Below, piece after piece: positions 23,991 to 37,994 of a DNA stretch of 64,000 nt. A program made the position numbers and the translations under genes. The stretch is from Octopus sinensis (lineage: Eukaryota), in contig NC_043002.1 of NCBI RefSeq assembly GCF_006345805.1, positions 92,628,001 to 92,692,000 of the forward strand, in the 5' to 3' direction. How positions within the stretch are numbered: position 1 is the stretch's first letter; every line of letters begins with the position of its first letter. The notes under the pieces were generated by a model. It ran no database searches. It was given only the letters and a program-made list of their open reading frames with translations, and was not told the DNA's origin.

Positions 23991-25096
23991 AAATTGAGCG
24001 ACTGATTAGAGCTATTGTGCAAGATGACCGCGGTGAATTTGAACTCAGAACGCAAAGAGTCATAACATATGCTACGGGGCATTCTGTCAGTCCACCACCT
24101 TAGGCAGATACTTTGTTTTTCAATCGTGGAAGGAAGGAAAGGCAAAGTTAACCTCGACGAGATTTGAACTCAGACCACAAGAAACTGCAATAAATACAAG
24201 GTATTTCGTCCGGTGCTCTAACGACTCTGCCAAGTGGTAATGACATCCTAAAATTCATTGTTTGACAAGCTCATACATGCAGTTATGTACATATAAAGCA
24301 AATTAAGGTCCCTTACGTGGTCAATTGAGGAATTTAAGAGAATTTTGGTTCTTATTTCTAGCAAGTCGAGCCATTCTCGAGCCTCCCTTGTTAGTCTGTT
24401 TGGCTGCCATGTGTTTTTTCTTTTTGATGTGTATAGCTTGTTTTTATTGTTTCACTAATTCGATATGTATAATTTAGTTTAAGCGGACAGTTATTCCATT
24501 ACGCCCACTATCGTATCAGAGAAAGACTGAGAGAATTTAGTGCAAAGAGGAGACGTGTCACGATAACATGTACAAGGTTGGGGAGCGTGAAATTGGTTAA
24601 AACAACTCATTCATCTTTGAATAGCTAAAGTCTCTCATCTAACCAAATCAAAACTATATAAATATGAAGCAGATTTCTAGGGACGATCAATACTTTATTG
24701 CATTTTATGCACTTCTACCCACGCCAAATACAGTGCATGTCGCAATATTGACGAGTTATCTGCTGCAAAATGCGAACCGGATTTATTAAACAGCAAATGG
24801 CTTGGACGACAGACGGCAATAACAAAATTAAATGTACAAAGTCGAACGAAAATAATAGCGAAAGAGAGTGGAAAAGAGTGAACAAGCGAGGCGAGAGAAA
24901 GAATTAGGAAAAGAGAGATAGATGTCTGTGCTGGGAATAAAAATGGACGGAGATTGAAGGGATGGAGGGAAATGGACAGAAGAAATGAAGGAGTGAACCG
25001 AAAGAAAGAATGTACGAATGAATTTATGAATAAACAAATGAATTAATGACTGAATGGACAAAATAGGAATTATAAGCTGGACAAACTGACAGTGAA

Positions 25097-25145
<49 letters not shown>

Positions 25146-25396
25146 TGAAAGGGAAAGAGACAGACAGACAGACAGGTAATCAGACAGACAGATGCGCAGA
25201 CGGACGGGCAGACAGACAAACAGAAAGAGGTAAGCATACAAAAGTAAGGAAAATAGGAAAGAAAGAAAACATGATGTACGAGGGTAGTGATTTGTCAATG
25301 GTCGGTGCGGATCACACATAATCTCGTAATCTTGTGGTTTGGTGAGTGAATGTGAGGTATCGGGGAAGGGGACAGCTCGAAGAACAGGGCGACTTC

Positions 25397-25430
<34 letters not shown>

Positions 25431-26332
25431 GAACATCGTAGCATGTTTGAACTAGCTAGGCAGCTGCTATTATAGACAGACACTCAACAAGTCAATATGG
25501 CTGCCGGATCTGTTTCCTTGTTAACCAGCAAAGAAATAAAAAAAAAAAGAAAAGAAAAATAGTACGAAAACTACACTGCCCTCTGTTCTTTTGGAGCAAC
25601 CAATCAAATGATAAAAGTGAACTCAGACGAAAATCACAGCATGGTCAGTAATAATACATGTTCCGAAATCTGGTCTTTTATGTTGTTGTTGTTGCTGTTG
25701 TTGTTACTGCTGCTGCTGCTGCTGCTGTTGTTGTTTCTGTTGTTGCTGTTGATGTTGTGGTTGTTGCTGTTGCTTTTTTTAACCCTAGGACGATCATCAT
25801 CAGTCAGATCGAAGACGTTTCGAATATGACCAACCTGATTGTCTTTAGTAAAATCAGAACTACATTGTTCTTTATTTAAGATAGTAGGGTACTATTTCTA
25901 GCAGACCTAGCGACCTCGTAGGAGTGCCTTCGCTACCTGCTCGTCCATTATTCTAGAACTGAAATCACTATTTCATACAATTCAGTTACGTCTCTCTCTC
26001 TGTGCTGTGCATTAATTAGGACTTCTCTCTTTCTCTTCCTCTCTCTCTCTCGCTCTTTTCTCTTTCTCTTTCATTTTCTCGGTCATTCTCTTTTTCTCTC
26101 CCCCCTCTTTTCTCTTCCTTTCTCGCCCACTCTTTTTCTCTCTCTTCCATTCTTTTTCTCCTATTTTCTTTCCTTCTGTTTCTCTCTCTCATTCATTCCT
26201 TTTCACTCTGTCTTGCCATCTTTCACTCATTCATTCATTCTTTCTCATTCTCCTTGTCTCTCTCTCTCTTGCTCCCTCTCTCTTACTCCCTCTCTCTCTC
26301 TCTCTTTCTCTCTCTTGCTTCCTCTCTCTCTA

Positions 26333-26371
<39 letters not shown>

Positions 26372-26610
26372 ATCTTTCTCTCTCAGAGATGTCAGGTTTG
26401 GCTAGTTAACGATGCTTTACGACAATTCGACGGGTTGAATGGAGTAAACTTATGTTGCATTCTGCAGATCTTGTAATACCGTCTACGTACGACTAACTGT
26501 GTATCATTGTGTGTAGTATTGCGGCGAGTTATGTAATACTGTAGCGTACTGTACCATGCCGTGCTGTGCTGTATTGTGCCGTGCCGTAATTTGCCATGCT
26601 ATATTCTACC

Positions 26611-27055
26611 GTATTATATTCCGTTTGAACGGCAGTTTATTCTAGCGGTGTCATATGAAATTGTCACCCATAATTATGACCCAAGAATCGATCTATTGCA
26701 TTTCAATCTCTTTTAGGGTTAGGGTTAGTTAGAGTTAGTTAGGGTTAGGGTTAAGGGTGGGGAAAGGGTATCTTTTTTTCTTCACAAATGTAAATAAACC
26801 CAATCTGTTTCTTAAACGTGGGACGTATTCATACGGCACAGAATGCTTTTTAACTCAATAGACGTCAGTGATTGGTTGAAATTGCAGAAATTGGAGAAAA
26901 AAAACAACACATTTCTTACAAACTATAGAATTTTCTCAATAAAGCCAAGAGAAAAAGATGTTTTATAAACACATTCTACCCCAGTATACGAAGTTTAAAA
27001 TTTTCTAGCTACCTAGAAATTATGTTAAAAACTGCCGTTCAAACCGAAAAGATCC
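26611..27055. mobile_element. GGATC-TIR MITE copy with a degenerate left end
   Basis: Inverted relative to 22609-23047; right TIR intact, left TIR mutated, no TSD. Confidence 0.85.
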
Positions 27056-27145
27056 GAAACCTTTAAGCTTCTTAGAAGTGAAAGTGTTTCCCAAGGCAAA
27101 AATATGAAAGTATTTTTCCTCGAGAAAGGTAAATGATTAATAATA

Positions 27146-27245
27146 CAGCAATGCCTCTATATACGAGTTGATTTGTTCCCGAAGATTGCTCATAAAGTGA
27201 AAATTCGTAAAGCAGAGTAATAATTTCCCATAGTAGTAATGAAAT
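27146..27245 (+). mobile_element. Possible Tigger/pogo left-end remnant
   Basis: TA + CAGCAATGCCTCTATATACGAGTT..AAATTCGTAAAG..TTTCCCATAG resembles Tigger ends as recalled. Confidence 0.35.
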
Positions 27246-27610
27246 GTTATGCTGTCATTTCACTCCGTCGCTGTGTAGACGCCTCAGAAACAATGTATCC
27301 ACATGTTGCGACATTGCCACACACACGAAACGGCTGTTTAAACTTTTATAATTATTATATAATAAAACTCGTTAATCCGGGATATCCTCGTTAAGTGAGG
27401 TATTATTGTATGAATAATAAACAGTGCTAATATCTTGGGGAGAGCAGACCTTGGAGAAAGAGGGGAAGTCAGTGAGGCACTGAAAAGGTCGCGAAAATCG
27501 ACGACAGAACTTTGACTAACAAACAACCGATCGATTGTTTAACCAGCCCATAACACAAAACGATCGATTAGTGAGTCGGTTAGATATTTAGCCAAATAAT
27601 AATAATAATA

Positions 27611-27665
<55 letters not shown>

Positions 27666-27853
27666 CTCTAACTGGGCCCCACCTGCAAGGTCATGTGCTG
27701 TTTATCTTGATATGAGATCACCATGTCGCGCACATATGGTTGTGATGCATGTGCCTAGTGTACCCTTATCAGACGGGTAGTCATGATGGGTATACTGGGC
27801 TTCGTATATTTTACCCCAGTGTCACTTTGATGGCATGCAATGCTCTCTCACTC
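27666..27853 (+). mobile_element. 5'-truncated copy of the (AAT)n-tailed element
   Basis: Matches the 3' part of 3992-4550; (AAT)n on both sides. Confidence 0.85.
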
Positions 27854-27887
<34 letters not shown>

Positions 27888-28016
27888 TTAATAATAATAA
27901 TAATAATAATAATGATGATGATGATGATGATGATGATAATAATAATAATAATAACAACAACAACAACAACAACAATAATAATAATGATAATAATAACAAC
28001 AACAACAACAACAACA

Positions 28017-28047
<31 letters not shown>

Positions 28048-28166
28048 TAATAATGATGATGATGATGATGATGATGATGATAATAATAATAATAATAACA
28101 ACAACAACAACAACAACAACAACAATAATAATAATAATAATAACAACAACAACAACAACAATAATG

Positions 28167-28222
<56 letters not shown>
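27854..28222. repeat. Compound (AAT)/(GAT)/(AAC) microsatellite with higher-order repetition
   Basis: Direct reading. Confidence 0.97.
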
Positions 28223-28232
<10 letters not shown>

Positions 28233-28556
28233 GCCCTTTCTACTATATACACAAGGCCTGAAATTTGGTGGGGGGGACTAGTCGATTAGATCGACCTCAG
28301 TTGCTTCACTGGTACTTAATTTATCGACCCCTGAAAAGATGAAAGGCAAAGTCGACCTCGGCGGAATTTGAACTCAGAACGTAGCGGCAGACAAAATACC
28401 GCTAAGCATTTTTCTCGGCGTGCTAACGATTCTGCGGGCTCGCTGCCCAAAAGAAAAGAGTGTGTACGAGATGGCGCCAGTGGCTTCAAGGTTAGCAAGA
28501 GTCTTGCAGGAAGATTCAGATTAAACGAAGTAACCACATGGCTAAGCCCGCAGGCA

Positions 28557-28620
<64 letters not shown>

Positions 28621-28622
<2 letters not shown>

Positions 28623-29010
28623 CACCATCCTGAAGCTGTGACTGAGGGAAAAAATGTGTCGATTCTATGGGACTTCCCCGTACATACCGACAAAACTATA
28701 AAAGCTAATAAACCGGATATTATCATAAGGATGTATTTATTAATTGACATCAGTATTCCTTGAGATCACAATATAGCGGCGAAAGGATTTGACAAGGTTA
28801 GTAAATATAAAGACTTGCTAATAGAAATTGAAAAAATGTGGCACCTCGAGGTGACTACAGTACCAGTGATTGTAGGATCTCTAGGAATGACAAAAAAAAG
28901 GTATTGAAATCTATTTGAAAATGATACCAGGCTTACTATCCCTACAGGAAGCGGAAACAATCGTGTTAACTGGATCGGCTCATGTACTGAGAAGAGCATT
29001 ATCGCTGTGA
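28621..29010 (+). pseudogene. R4/Dong-clade non-LTR retrotransposon C-terminus (restriction-like endonuclease)
   Basis: ILWDFPVHTDKTIKANKPDIIIR..LLIDISIP*D..KVSKYKDLLIEIEKMWH..VPVIVGSLG..IVLTGSAHVLRRALSL*; PD..D..K.Y RLE pattern; preceded directly by (TAA)n. Confidence 0.88.
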
Positions 29011-29187
29011 AAACAACATCCATTCATGAATTTATTTATTCATTAATTTTTTAAATACATATTTTACCTGTTAATTTGTGTGTGTAATCTGGGAATGCAT
29101 ACAATGAGCTTCACTGCCCTAGGTATACGGAAAACACTCGGCGAGAAATGGAAGAAAATTTGAAGAAAGAAGGAAAAAATAATAGTG

Positions 29188-29229
<42 letters not shown>

Positions 29230-29230
<1 letters not shown>

Positions 29231-29574
29231 AGAAGTAGTGGGGGAGCATCATAGCTATGTGTTGAGAGGGATTCTTTGGGGTTTGAATAATTCACCTCTG
29301 GAAACATGGGTGGTTTTTTCAACATCCTTAAACAACCCTTATTCAGGGACCGTTTGAGCGGGATGGGCTACTCAACCTGAAGAAAATTCTAACTGGGCCC
29401 CACCTGCAAGGTCATGTGCTGTTTATCTTGATATGAGATCACCATGTCGTTTACATATGGTTGTGATGCATGTGCCTGGTGTACCCTTATCAGACGGGTA
29501 GTCATGATGGGTATATTGGGCTTCGTATATTTTACCCCAGTGTCACTTTGATGGCATGAACTGCTCTCTCACTC
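29230..29574 (+). mobile_element. 5'-truncated copy of the (AAT)n-tailed element
   Basis: Matches 3992-4340; embedded in (AAT)n. Confidence 0.85.
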
Positions 29575-29619
<45 letters not shown>

Positions 29620-30071
29620 GAAGTGGATTTGAACTCTTGCGTATTGACGTAATGACTATACTTGGGATAGTCATTAAGTCAATAATAATAACACACAACA
29701 AAATTTGCTTCAACAATCCCAAAACATGAGGTTGCAGAGCGAACTTCTCAACCACACAGTTATGCCTGTACCTTCGCAGAGTTCAACAGAGATTCAACAT
29801 AGTCTGCATTTGCTTTACTGGATCAATGAAATTCTGTGAATGATCGTTCAGACGCTTAAAATCAATTTTGTTTGCTGGTATGGTATGTCACCCAGGGGTC
29901 GCTTACCATAGTTGTTCCTGGTGACAACAAGAGTGTGGCACATTTAAGAACGCTGCAGTGGTTGCGTCCGTCGTCTCTTGCAAACAGAAAACACTTTAAA
30001 CCAAACTTCAAGGCCTCCAAAAACCTAATGAGTATCAACATAATGGTTTACATTCAGTTTCTATCTAAAAG

Positions 30072-30785
30072 TGAAGGCGCGTGGCTTGGTGGTTAGGGGT
30101 ATTCGGTTCACGATGATAAGGCCGTGCGTTCAATTCCTGGCCATGCGTTGTGTCCTTCTCTTTTACTTGCTTAAGTCATTTTACTGCGGCCATACTGGAG
30201 CACCGCCTTTAGTTGAGCAAATCGACCCCAGGACTTATTTTTTGTAAGCTTAGTACTTATTCTATCGGTCTCTTTTGCCGAAAACACACCAGCATCGGTT
30301 GTCAAGCGATGTTGGGGAGGACAAACACAAACACACACACTCATACACATATATATACATATACATATATACGACGGGCTTCTTTCAGTTTCCGTCTACC
30401 AAATCCACTCACAAGGCTTTGGTCGGCCCGAGGCTATAATAGAAGACACTTGCCAAAAAGTGCCACGCAGTGGGACTGAACCCGGAACCGTGTGGTTGGT
30501 AAGCAAGCTACTTACCACACAGCCACTCCTGCTCCTTGGGTAAGAAACTTCATTTCACGTTGCTCTCGTCCACCTAGCTGGCAAAAATGAGTAGTGCCGA
30601 TATTTTAAAGGGTCAGCCTTGTCACATTCTGTGCCACGCCGAATATCCCTGAGAAGTACGCTAAGGTTAAATGTCTCTGTGGTGGAGTGCTCAATCACTT
30701 GCACGTTAATTTCGAGAGCAGGCTGTTCCATTGATGGGATCAATTGGAACACTCATCGTCATAACTTACGGTGCGTCAGTGACAT
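30072..30785 (+). mobile_element. Type D SINE split by a nested minus-strand type B SINE (about 30160-30532)
   Basis: Head ends ..GTTGTGTCCTT near 30156 and resumes CCTTGGGTAAGAAACTTCATTTCACG near 30534. Confidence 0.8.
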
Positions 30786-31185
30786 CTGAAAAGTACGCTT
30801 TATTGATTTTCAAATTCTGATTTGAATTGTATTTCTAATAAAATGCTTTGGGCGTATGTCACAGTAGGAGGTCTTGTTGTCCACTAATAAGCAAACCCTA
30901 CCCCTTTAAGAAAGTGAGGCATTGTTTGGGGATTTGGTTTTATTTCTATCGAATAGATCAAGCGCGTAAGAGGCGCTCTCATTTGCTCTCTCTATATATA
31001 TAATTGCATGTATGAATTTACCTGTTGACACTCAAGCGCCATTATTTTAATGCTGGCCATGTTAAATATCCATTAGCACACGAGATAGATGCATTGCAAT
31101 ATCGATAGTATTCCTTCGAAAACATGTATCTATTCGTCTATTCGCAATGACAATTCCTTTCGACCTACTCTTTTCATACACCAGT

Positions 31186-31490
31186 GGAGGCGCAATGGCC
31201 CAGTGGTTAGGGCAGCGGACTCGCGGTCGGAGGATCGCGGTTTCGATTCCCAGACCGGGCGTTGTGTGTGATTATTGAGCGAAAACACCTAAAAGCTCCA
31301 CGAGGCTCCGGCAGGGCGTGGTAGCGACCCCTGTTGTACTCTTTCGCCCCAACTTTCTCTCACTCTCTCTTCCTGTTTCTTGAGTAACGCTGCGATGGAC
31401 TGGCGTCCCGTCCAGCTGGGGGAAACACATACGCCACAGAAACTGGGAAACCGGGCCCATGAGCCTGGCTAGGTTTGAAAAGGGCGACGT
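31186..31490 (+). mobile_element. Type A-headed SINE with a different 3' half (V/Meta-domain-like)
   Basis: Type A head followed by CTGCGATGGACTGGCGTCCCGTCCAG..CAGAAACTGGG. Confidence 0.75.
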
Positions 31491-32200
31491 TTTTTATCGT
31501 TTTCATACACCAACATATGTTTCTTTTTGCACAAGGGGTGTCTTCAATAAGTTCCATGTTCTCACCACAGTTAGGACAAGGTCAAATACGATGAAATATT
31601 TAGCGATATTTCGTTCTTATTTTCGTCCTGACTTCAAATTCTGCCGATGTCGACTTTGCCTTTCACCCTTTCATGGCTGATAAAATAAATACCAGCCGAG
31701 CAGTGGGTCGATCTAATCGTCTTAATCCTTCTCTAAATTGTTGGCCTTATGCCAAAATTCGAAATCAATATACTTAAGCTCCTAGACTTTAGACGCGTTA
31801 ATTACGAACGTGACCAGAAAAAATATTGCAGTTCGGCAAAAGGTGTGCGATAGAATCAATTACCAGGCTTTAAAAGTATGTACGGAGCTCGAAAGCAGTG
31901 GACTCCAACATGGCTGCGGTCCAATGACTGAATCATGTAAAAGAGAAAAGATATAAGAATACAAAATAAACTATAAAACATAAACAAACAAACTATCGAA
32001 AATATAACATTAACTTTTTTGTGATACATTCAAGTTTGTTTTTTTTTGTTGTTTTTTTTCTTTTGTTTGCCTTTTGTTTTTATGTGTGTTTTTTTTTCAA
32101 TTCCCTTTTCTGTAAAATCAGAATTGTAAATGAATCGAACATCTGTTCCAGGAAATGTAGGCCAGGACTGATAAACTGACACAAATAGGAATAAAAGACA

Positions 32201-32231
<31 letters not shown>

Positions 32232-32437
32232 AAAAAAAATCTATGACTTAACAGGTGAAACAATATGACAAACTATATACCTCACTCAACGTGTGTCGTC
32301 GGTCCCATTGTTGCTACTCTGTTCCTCTTGTTATTGTAGTAGTAGTAGTAGTAGTAGTAGTAGTAATTGTTGTTATTGTTGTTGTTATTGAGGTTGTTGC
32401 TGATGTTGCGGTTGTTCTTATTGTGTTGGTTTAAAGG

Positions 32438-32468
<31 letters not shown>

Positions 32469-32690
32469 TGAAAAAACAAGTAAAAAATAGAAAATGCTAA
32501 AATAATTTTATAGTGAACATTTCAGTACCGGTTTCGGTCATTTTGAGACCTTTTCAACTGTAACGATTAAATAATTAAATTTAGAAAAATTAGAAGAAAA
32601 GTTTTTTTAAAAGAATATTTCTATAGTAGTGTTCAGATTTAAGTGGCATTCTGCCTTTCTCTGACTCCCTTGTTTGCACTTGTGTGTTCG

Positions 32691-33250
<560 letters not shown>

Positions 33251-33328
33251 GTATATGCCTGTATATATGTGTGTAAGCATATATGCATATATGTGTATAT
33301 ATGTCTGTATATGTGTATGTCTGCGTGT

Positions 33329-33369
<41 letters not shown>

Positions 33370-33711
33370 TGTGTATGTGTATTGATAGATACATAGATAC
33401 ACACAGACACATGGTAGTCCACTTGTTATCGAGGAAAATGTCAGCATGCGGTGCTGCGGCATTGGAAAGCTCGCAACGCCGGCGATCATGCAACTTAGAA
33501 TTTCAGGCCTAAAACAACTTGAACAAAACCTCACAGGCTTTCTCCATCCGGTTGACATGATCCAAGAACAAAACCTGGGCAAGATCTCCAGCTCCAAAAC
33601 TGGTTGCTTGTTCAAGAATGTCGGAACGCCATGATCTCAAACGCAAGCAGAAGATCTTGAAATTATACATACATACATACATACATACATACATACATAC
33701 ATACGTACATA

Positions 33712-33935
33712 CTCTTTTACACTTTTACTTGCTTCAGTCATTTGACTGCGGCCATGCTGGAGCACCGCCTTTAGTCGAGCAAATCAACCCCAGGACTTAT
33801 TCTTTGTAAGCCTAGTACTTATTCTATCGGTCTCTTGTGCCGAACCGCCAGGTTACGGGGACGCAAACACACCAGCATCGGTTGTCAAGCGATGTTGGGA
33901 GGGACAAACACAGACACTCAAACACACACACACAC

Positions 33936-33968
<33 letters not shown>

Positions 33969-34123
33969 CGACGGGCTTCTTTCAGTTTCGTCTACCGAAT
34001 CTACTCACAAGGCTTTGGTCGGCCCGAGGTTATAGTATAAGACACTTGCTCAAGGTGCCACGCAGTGGGACTGAACCCGGAACTATGTGGCTGGTAAGCA
34101 AGCTACTTACCACACAGCCACTC
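33712..34123 (-). mobile_element. SINE type B
   Basis: Full layout on the minus strand. Confidence 0.9.
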
Positions 34124-34643
34124 ATGCACCTACATACATACATACATACATACATACATACATACATACTTATGTATGTATTTTACGCGGAGGAAAAAGC
34201 CGTCTGTATCGACATCATTACCAGACTACCGTTTTATTTTATCGATCCAGGAATCTATTCTAACCACACGCGCGCATACGCATATACATCATTTTGTGTA
34301 TGTGTACATCTATAGTATATATACACATGTATATATTTGCTTTATAAATACACATATGCGTTTCTATACAAACTCACGCATGTGTATTTACATGCATATG
34401 TGTGTGTGTGCGCGCGCGTGCGCGTACACATATCCTTTTATTTGTTTCAGTCATTTGACTGCAGCCATGCTGGAGCACCGCCTTGAAGCCTATTACTTAT
34501 TTTATCGGTCTTGTTGCGGAGCAGCTAAGTTATGGAGACGTAAATACACCAACACCGGTTGTCAAGCGATAAGGCAGGGCGGACAAAGACACACACTCCC
34601 CACATTCATACACACATACATACATGTATAATATATATATATA

Positions 34644-34805
34644 GTTAATCCAAACAGGAAAACACAAAGACAAAGCACAACAACGCGAGGAAGTGGAACA
34701 AGTATAGTGTTATTGGACGCTCAGGAAAGGAAAGAAAGAAGGAGGATTTAACGTTTCGAGCGGAGCTCTTCGTCAGAAACATAGGAAAAGGAAAGATCCA
34801 AGGAA
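34644..34805 (-). mobile_element. Penelope-type terminus (family a) with a minimal hammerhead core
   Basis: Minus strand TTTCTGACGAAGAGCTCCGCTCGAAACGTTAAA (34746-34780); abuts (TA)n; plus-strand copy at 41260-41411. Confidence 0.7.
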
Positions 34806-35221
34806 GGGTTTTCACGCTAACTACTTGATAAATTCTTATAAATTTGGATACATTCGCTGTTCGTCTGGTATGCTGATTTTTTTGTTCATTTTTGTGTATC
34901 TTGATTATGCCTGCACTGACGATTAAAAAGTGCATTTTGTGCACTAATTATGAAATCATATGATATACAGCTGAGTCTGTTTTAGGAGGCTCGCTTTGAG
35001 AGTTGCATTCCCTCGCGTACGGTACAATGTGTTTATTATGGTAGTTTTGACTTTAAGAGTCCCTCCTAGCGTGAGGCATAATTTAATATCACAAAACATT
35101 TTTCCATTGCTTTAACGACTCTCACAATCCGCCGCCCGATCTCCATATATTACTAATACATACATACAGACATACACACACACACATGCATGCATGCATA
35201 CATACATACATACATACATAC

Positions 35222-35514
35222 ATCACGTGATCACGTGACCGACCAGACCATCAGATGTTGCTACACATCGCTGGTCACAATGCGTTCGCATTATTTTAGC
35301 CTTCGAATGACGCCACCCCGCTGGCTAAGCGAGCAGGCCAACAGAAGAAAGAGTGGTGAACGAGTACAGCAGGGATCACCACCCCCTGCCGGAGCCTCGT
35401 GGACCTTTTAGATGTTTTCGCTCAATAAACACACACAACGCCCGGTCTGGGAATCGAAACTGCGATCCTACGACCGCGAGTCCGCTGCCCTAACCACTAG
35501 GCCATTGCGCCTCC
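35222..35514 (-). mobile_element. Type A-headed SINE with a third tail type
   Basis: Type A head at 35440-35514; tail ending GGTCTGGTCGGTCACGTGATCACGTG unlike the other type A copies. Confidence 0.8.
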
Positions 35515-35557
35515 ACATACATACATACATACATACATACATACATACATACATACA

Positions 35558-35590
<33 letters not shown>

Positions 35591-36831
35591 TCATGCATGA
35601 TGGCTGGAAACTCCTATTCGAGTATTGCCATCGGTTAATTGAGAGTCCCACACATGCGATGCTCGGCTACGACCAGCCATTTTTGTGATAGGTCTTACTT
35701 TTTCAGGCGATGCCTGTGCATGATAAATTTTTTTTATAGAGGGGAAAGGATTTGCACGAACCCAATCCCACTCTGTGAACATGGACAATATAAACTCGAA
35801 AAGAAGAACTAGACTACATCTTCGAATATTATCAGCGTCGCAGGTTTTCTCTCAGAGTTTCCCATTACTAGAGAGATGTGACAACAAAAGAGGAGCCTCC
35901 TACTCCAAGTGAACCAACCGTGCAGCTGGACTCCAGCCCAGGTATTTTCACGACCCCACATATTGTTGGATGGCCGTTGACTGCTCATGAGCTCTTCCAC
36001 CCTTAGACAGGTCATATTTTTCGTCATTGCAGGGTGTCCAACAATCACACTTTTCACCAAGCAAGCATGGGGGTAGTTGCTAGTTTAGTCGCCGACGATC
36101 CGACCATGCAACAGGTTGTACAGGGTTATATGTTACCGGTAGCGCCCAAGTGCGACCTAACATACATGCATACATACATACATACATACATACAAACATA
36201 CTTACATACATACATACATACATACATACATGCATGCATACATACATACATACATACATACATACATACATACATACATACATACATACATACATACACA
36301 ACAGCATCGTGTGCCGGAAGCAGCATGAATTATCCATCATAGAAAGGTTTCAAGAGAAAGCTGTATTTTATTTTTACATATTTTTTCTAACCTCACGTCT
36401 GCAAGACAAATGGTTCTAAGTTTTGGCAAATAAACACGTATTTTATGTGATCACTATAACGGTTTAACAGTATGTTATGGATATTTAAGGAATTTTATAC
36501 AGGCTATTGGCGCAGGCATGACTTAGGGTTAAGAAGCTCGCTTTGCAACCGCTTGGTTTCGTTTTCGATCCCACTACACGGCACCTTGGGCAAGTGCCTT
36601 CTATAATAGCTCTGGGCGGACCAATGCCTTGAGCGAATTTAGTAGACGGAAATTGTGCGGTCGTGTATGGGTGGGACTCCGTTCAATATGTTGTGTTGCA
36701 TCCATTTTGAGTCTGGGTTTAATCAAGTACATCTATTCATAGGTTATATCTCTCCCTAACTAGACGGGCATATAACAACATGCCAGCCAAAAGTCAGGAT
36801 CTTTAGCGAGACACAACTTTATGTATGGATG

Positions 36832-37243
36832 TTAGTTAGTTAGTTAGTTAGTTAGTTAATTTGGCTCAAAAGCAAATAGCAAGGCCATGTAGGGGGACAT
36901 GGAGTTAAGTACAGGGTGGTGTACATGTAAAGAGTTCAGGCCACTTGAGGTCAAGGGAGACTTTGAACAAAGCGGTCGTCGGCATCTTCACCATCTCGTC
37001 TGGCAGCTTATTCCACGGATCCGCAACCCGGACGGAGAAAGCTGCTCTCCTTCGATTGAGATGAAATCGTCGCAGGTAGAGCTTTTCGGAATGACCCCGC
37101 AGCCGACGCTCTGGAGCAGGAGTGAAGAACAGCTCTTTCGAGAGGTTACACTTTCCGCTTATGATGTTGTGAGCGAGAATGAGATCACCACGGCGGCGGC
37201 GTTTTTCTAGAGAGTCCTCAGCCTTTCTTCATAAGACAAATTG
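36832..37243 (-). pseudogene. CR1/L2-group LINE 3' end with (TAAC)n tail
   Basis: Minus strand SLEKRRRRGDLILAHNIISG..RGHSEKLYLRRFHLNRRRAAFSVRVADPWNKLP matches the CR1 ORF2 C-terminus; inserted into the inverted-repeat host 36666-37475. Confidence 0.88.
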
Positions 37244-37544
37244 TACCTGTTGAGACCCAGACTGCAAAATGGATGCAACACATGTTGAACGGAATCCCAC
37301 CCATAAGGGACACAAGCAGGATGGGTCGAAACGACCGTTGTACAAAATAGAGATTAATACCAAATCCATCTTTTCGTTACTTAATGAATTATTATTATTA
37401 TCTCAACTAACATTGCAGTGTTCTTGGAGTGGGTCCAACGGAAATACCCCGACTGCGGATGATACCAGGTAGCCCAAACTGTGCCAGTGCTCTAGTCAAC
37501 ACTTCAACACATTAATCGACATACACCCATTAGTCCAAAATATT

Positions 37545-37599
<55 letters not shown>

Positions 37600-37994
37600 T
37601 GTGTGTGTGTGTATCTTTGGTATACGTGAGTGTAAGTGTATCTTTAGTGTACATCCCCCACCATCGTCTGTCAACCAGTATTGTTTGGTTTTCGTCCCCG
37701 TAACATAGCGGTTCGGCAAAGAGACCGATAGAGTAAGTACCAGACTTTAAAAAAAAAGTAAACACAAGGATTGATTTGCTCAGCTATAACCTTCAAGGTG
37801 GTGCCCCAGCATGGCCGCAGTCCTATGACTGATACGAGTGAAACAAAAGCGTGTAAATTTATCAAAAACCACCATCACTGATTTGTGAAAGTTAAAAGAT
37901 AAAAAGAAAGAAAAATAATATTCTATGAACGGTCATTGGAGTAATTATAAATGTTAAACTATATTTTTCACCAATCAAAATTGAATAAGAAATA

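Noticed and set aside
25620-25850. Minus-strand ORF DNQVGHIRNVFDLTDDDRPRVKK followed by N/S-rich sequence
   Set aside because: Mostly microsatellite-encoded, weak acceptor, no homolog recognised; also a GAAACGUC..CUGAUGA string with no stem I
35600-36140. Unique-looking segment with a KYLG-like word on the minus strand
   Set aside because: Too little motif support to call an RT or exon
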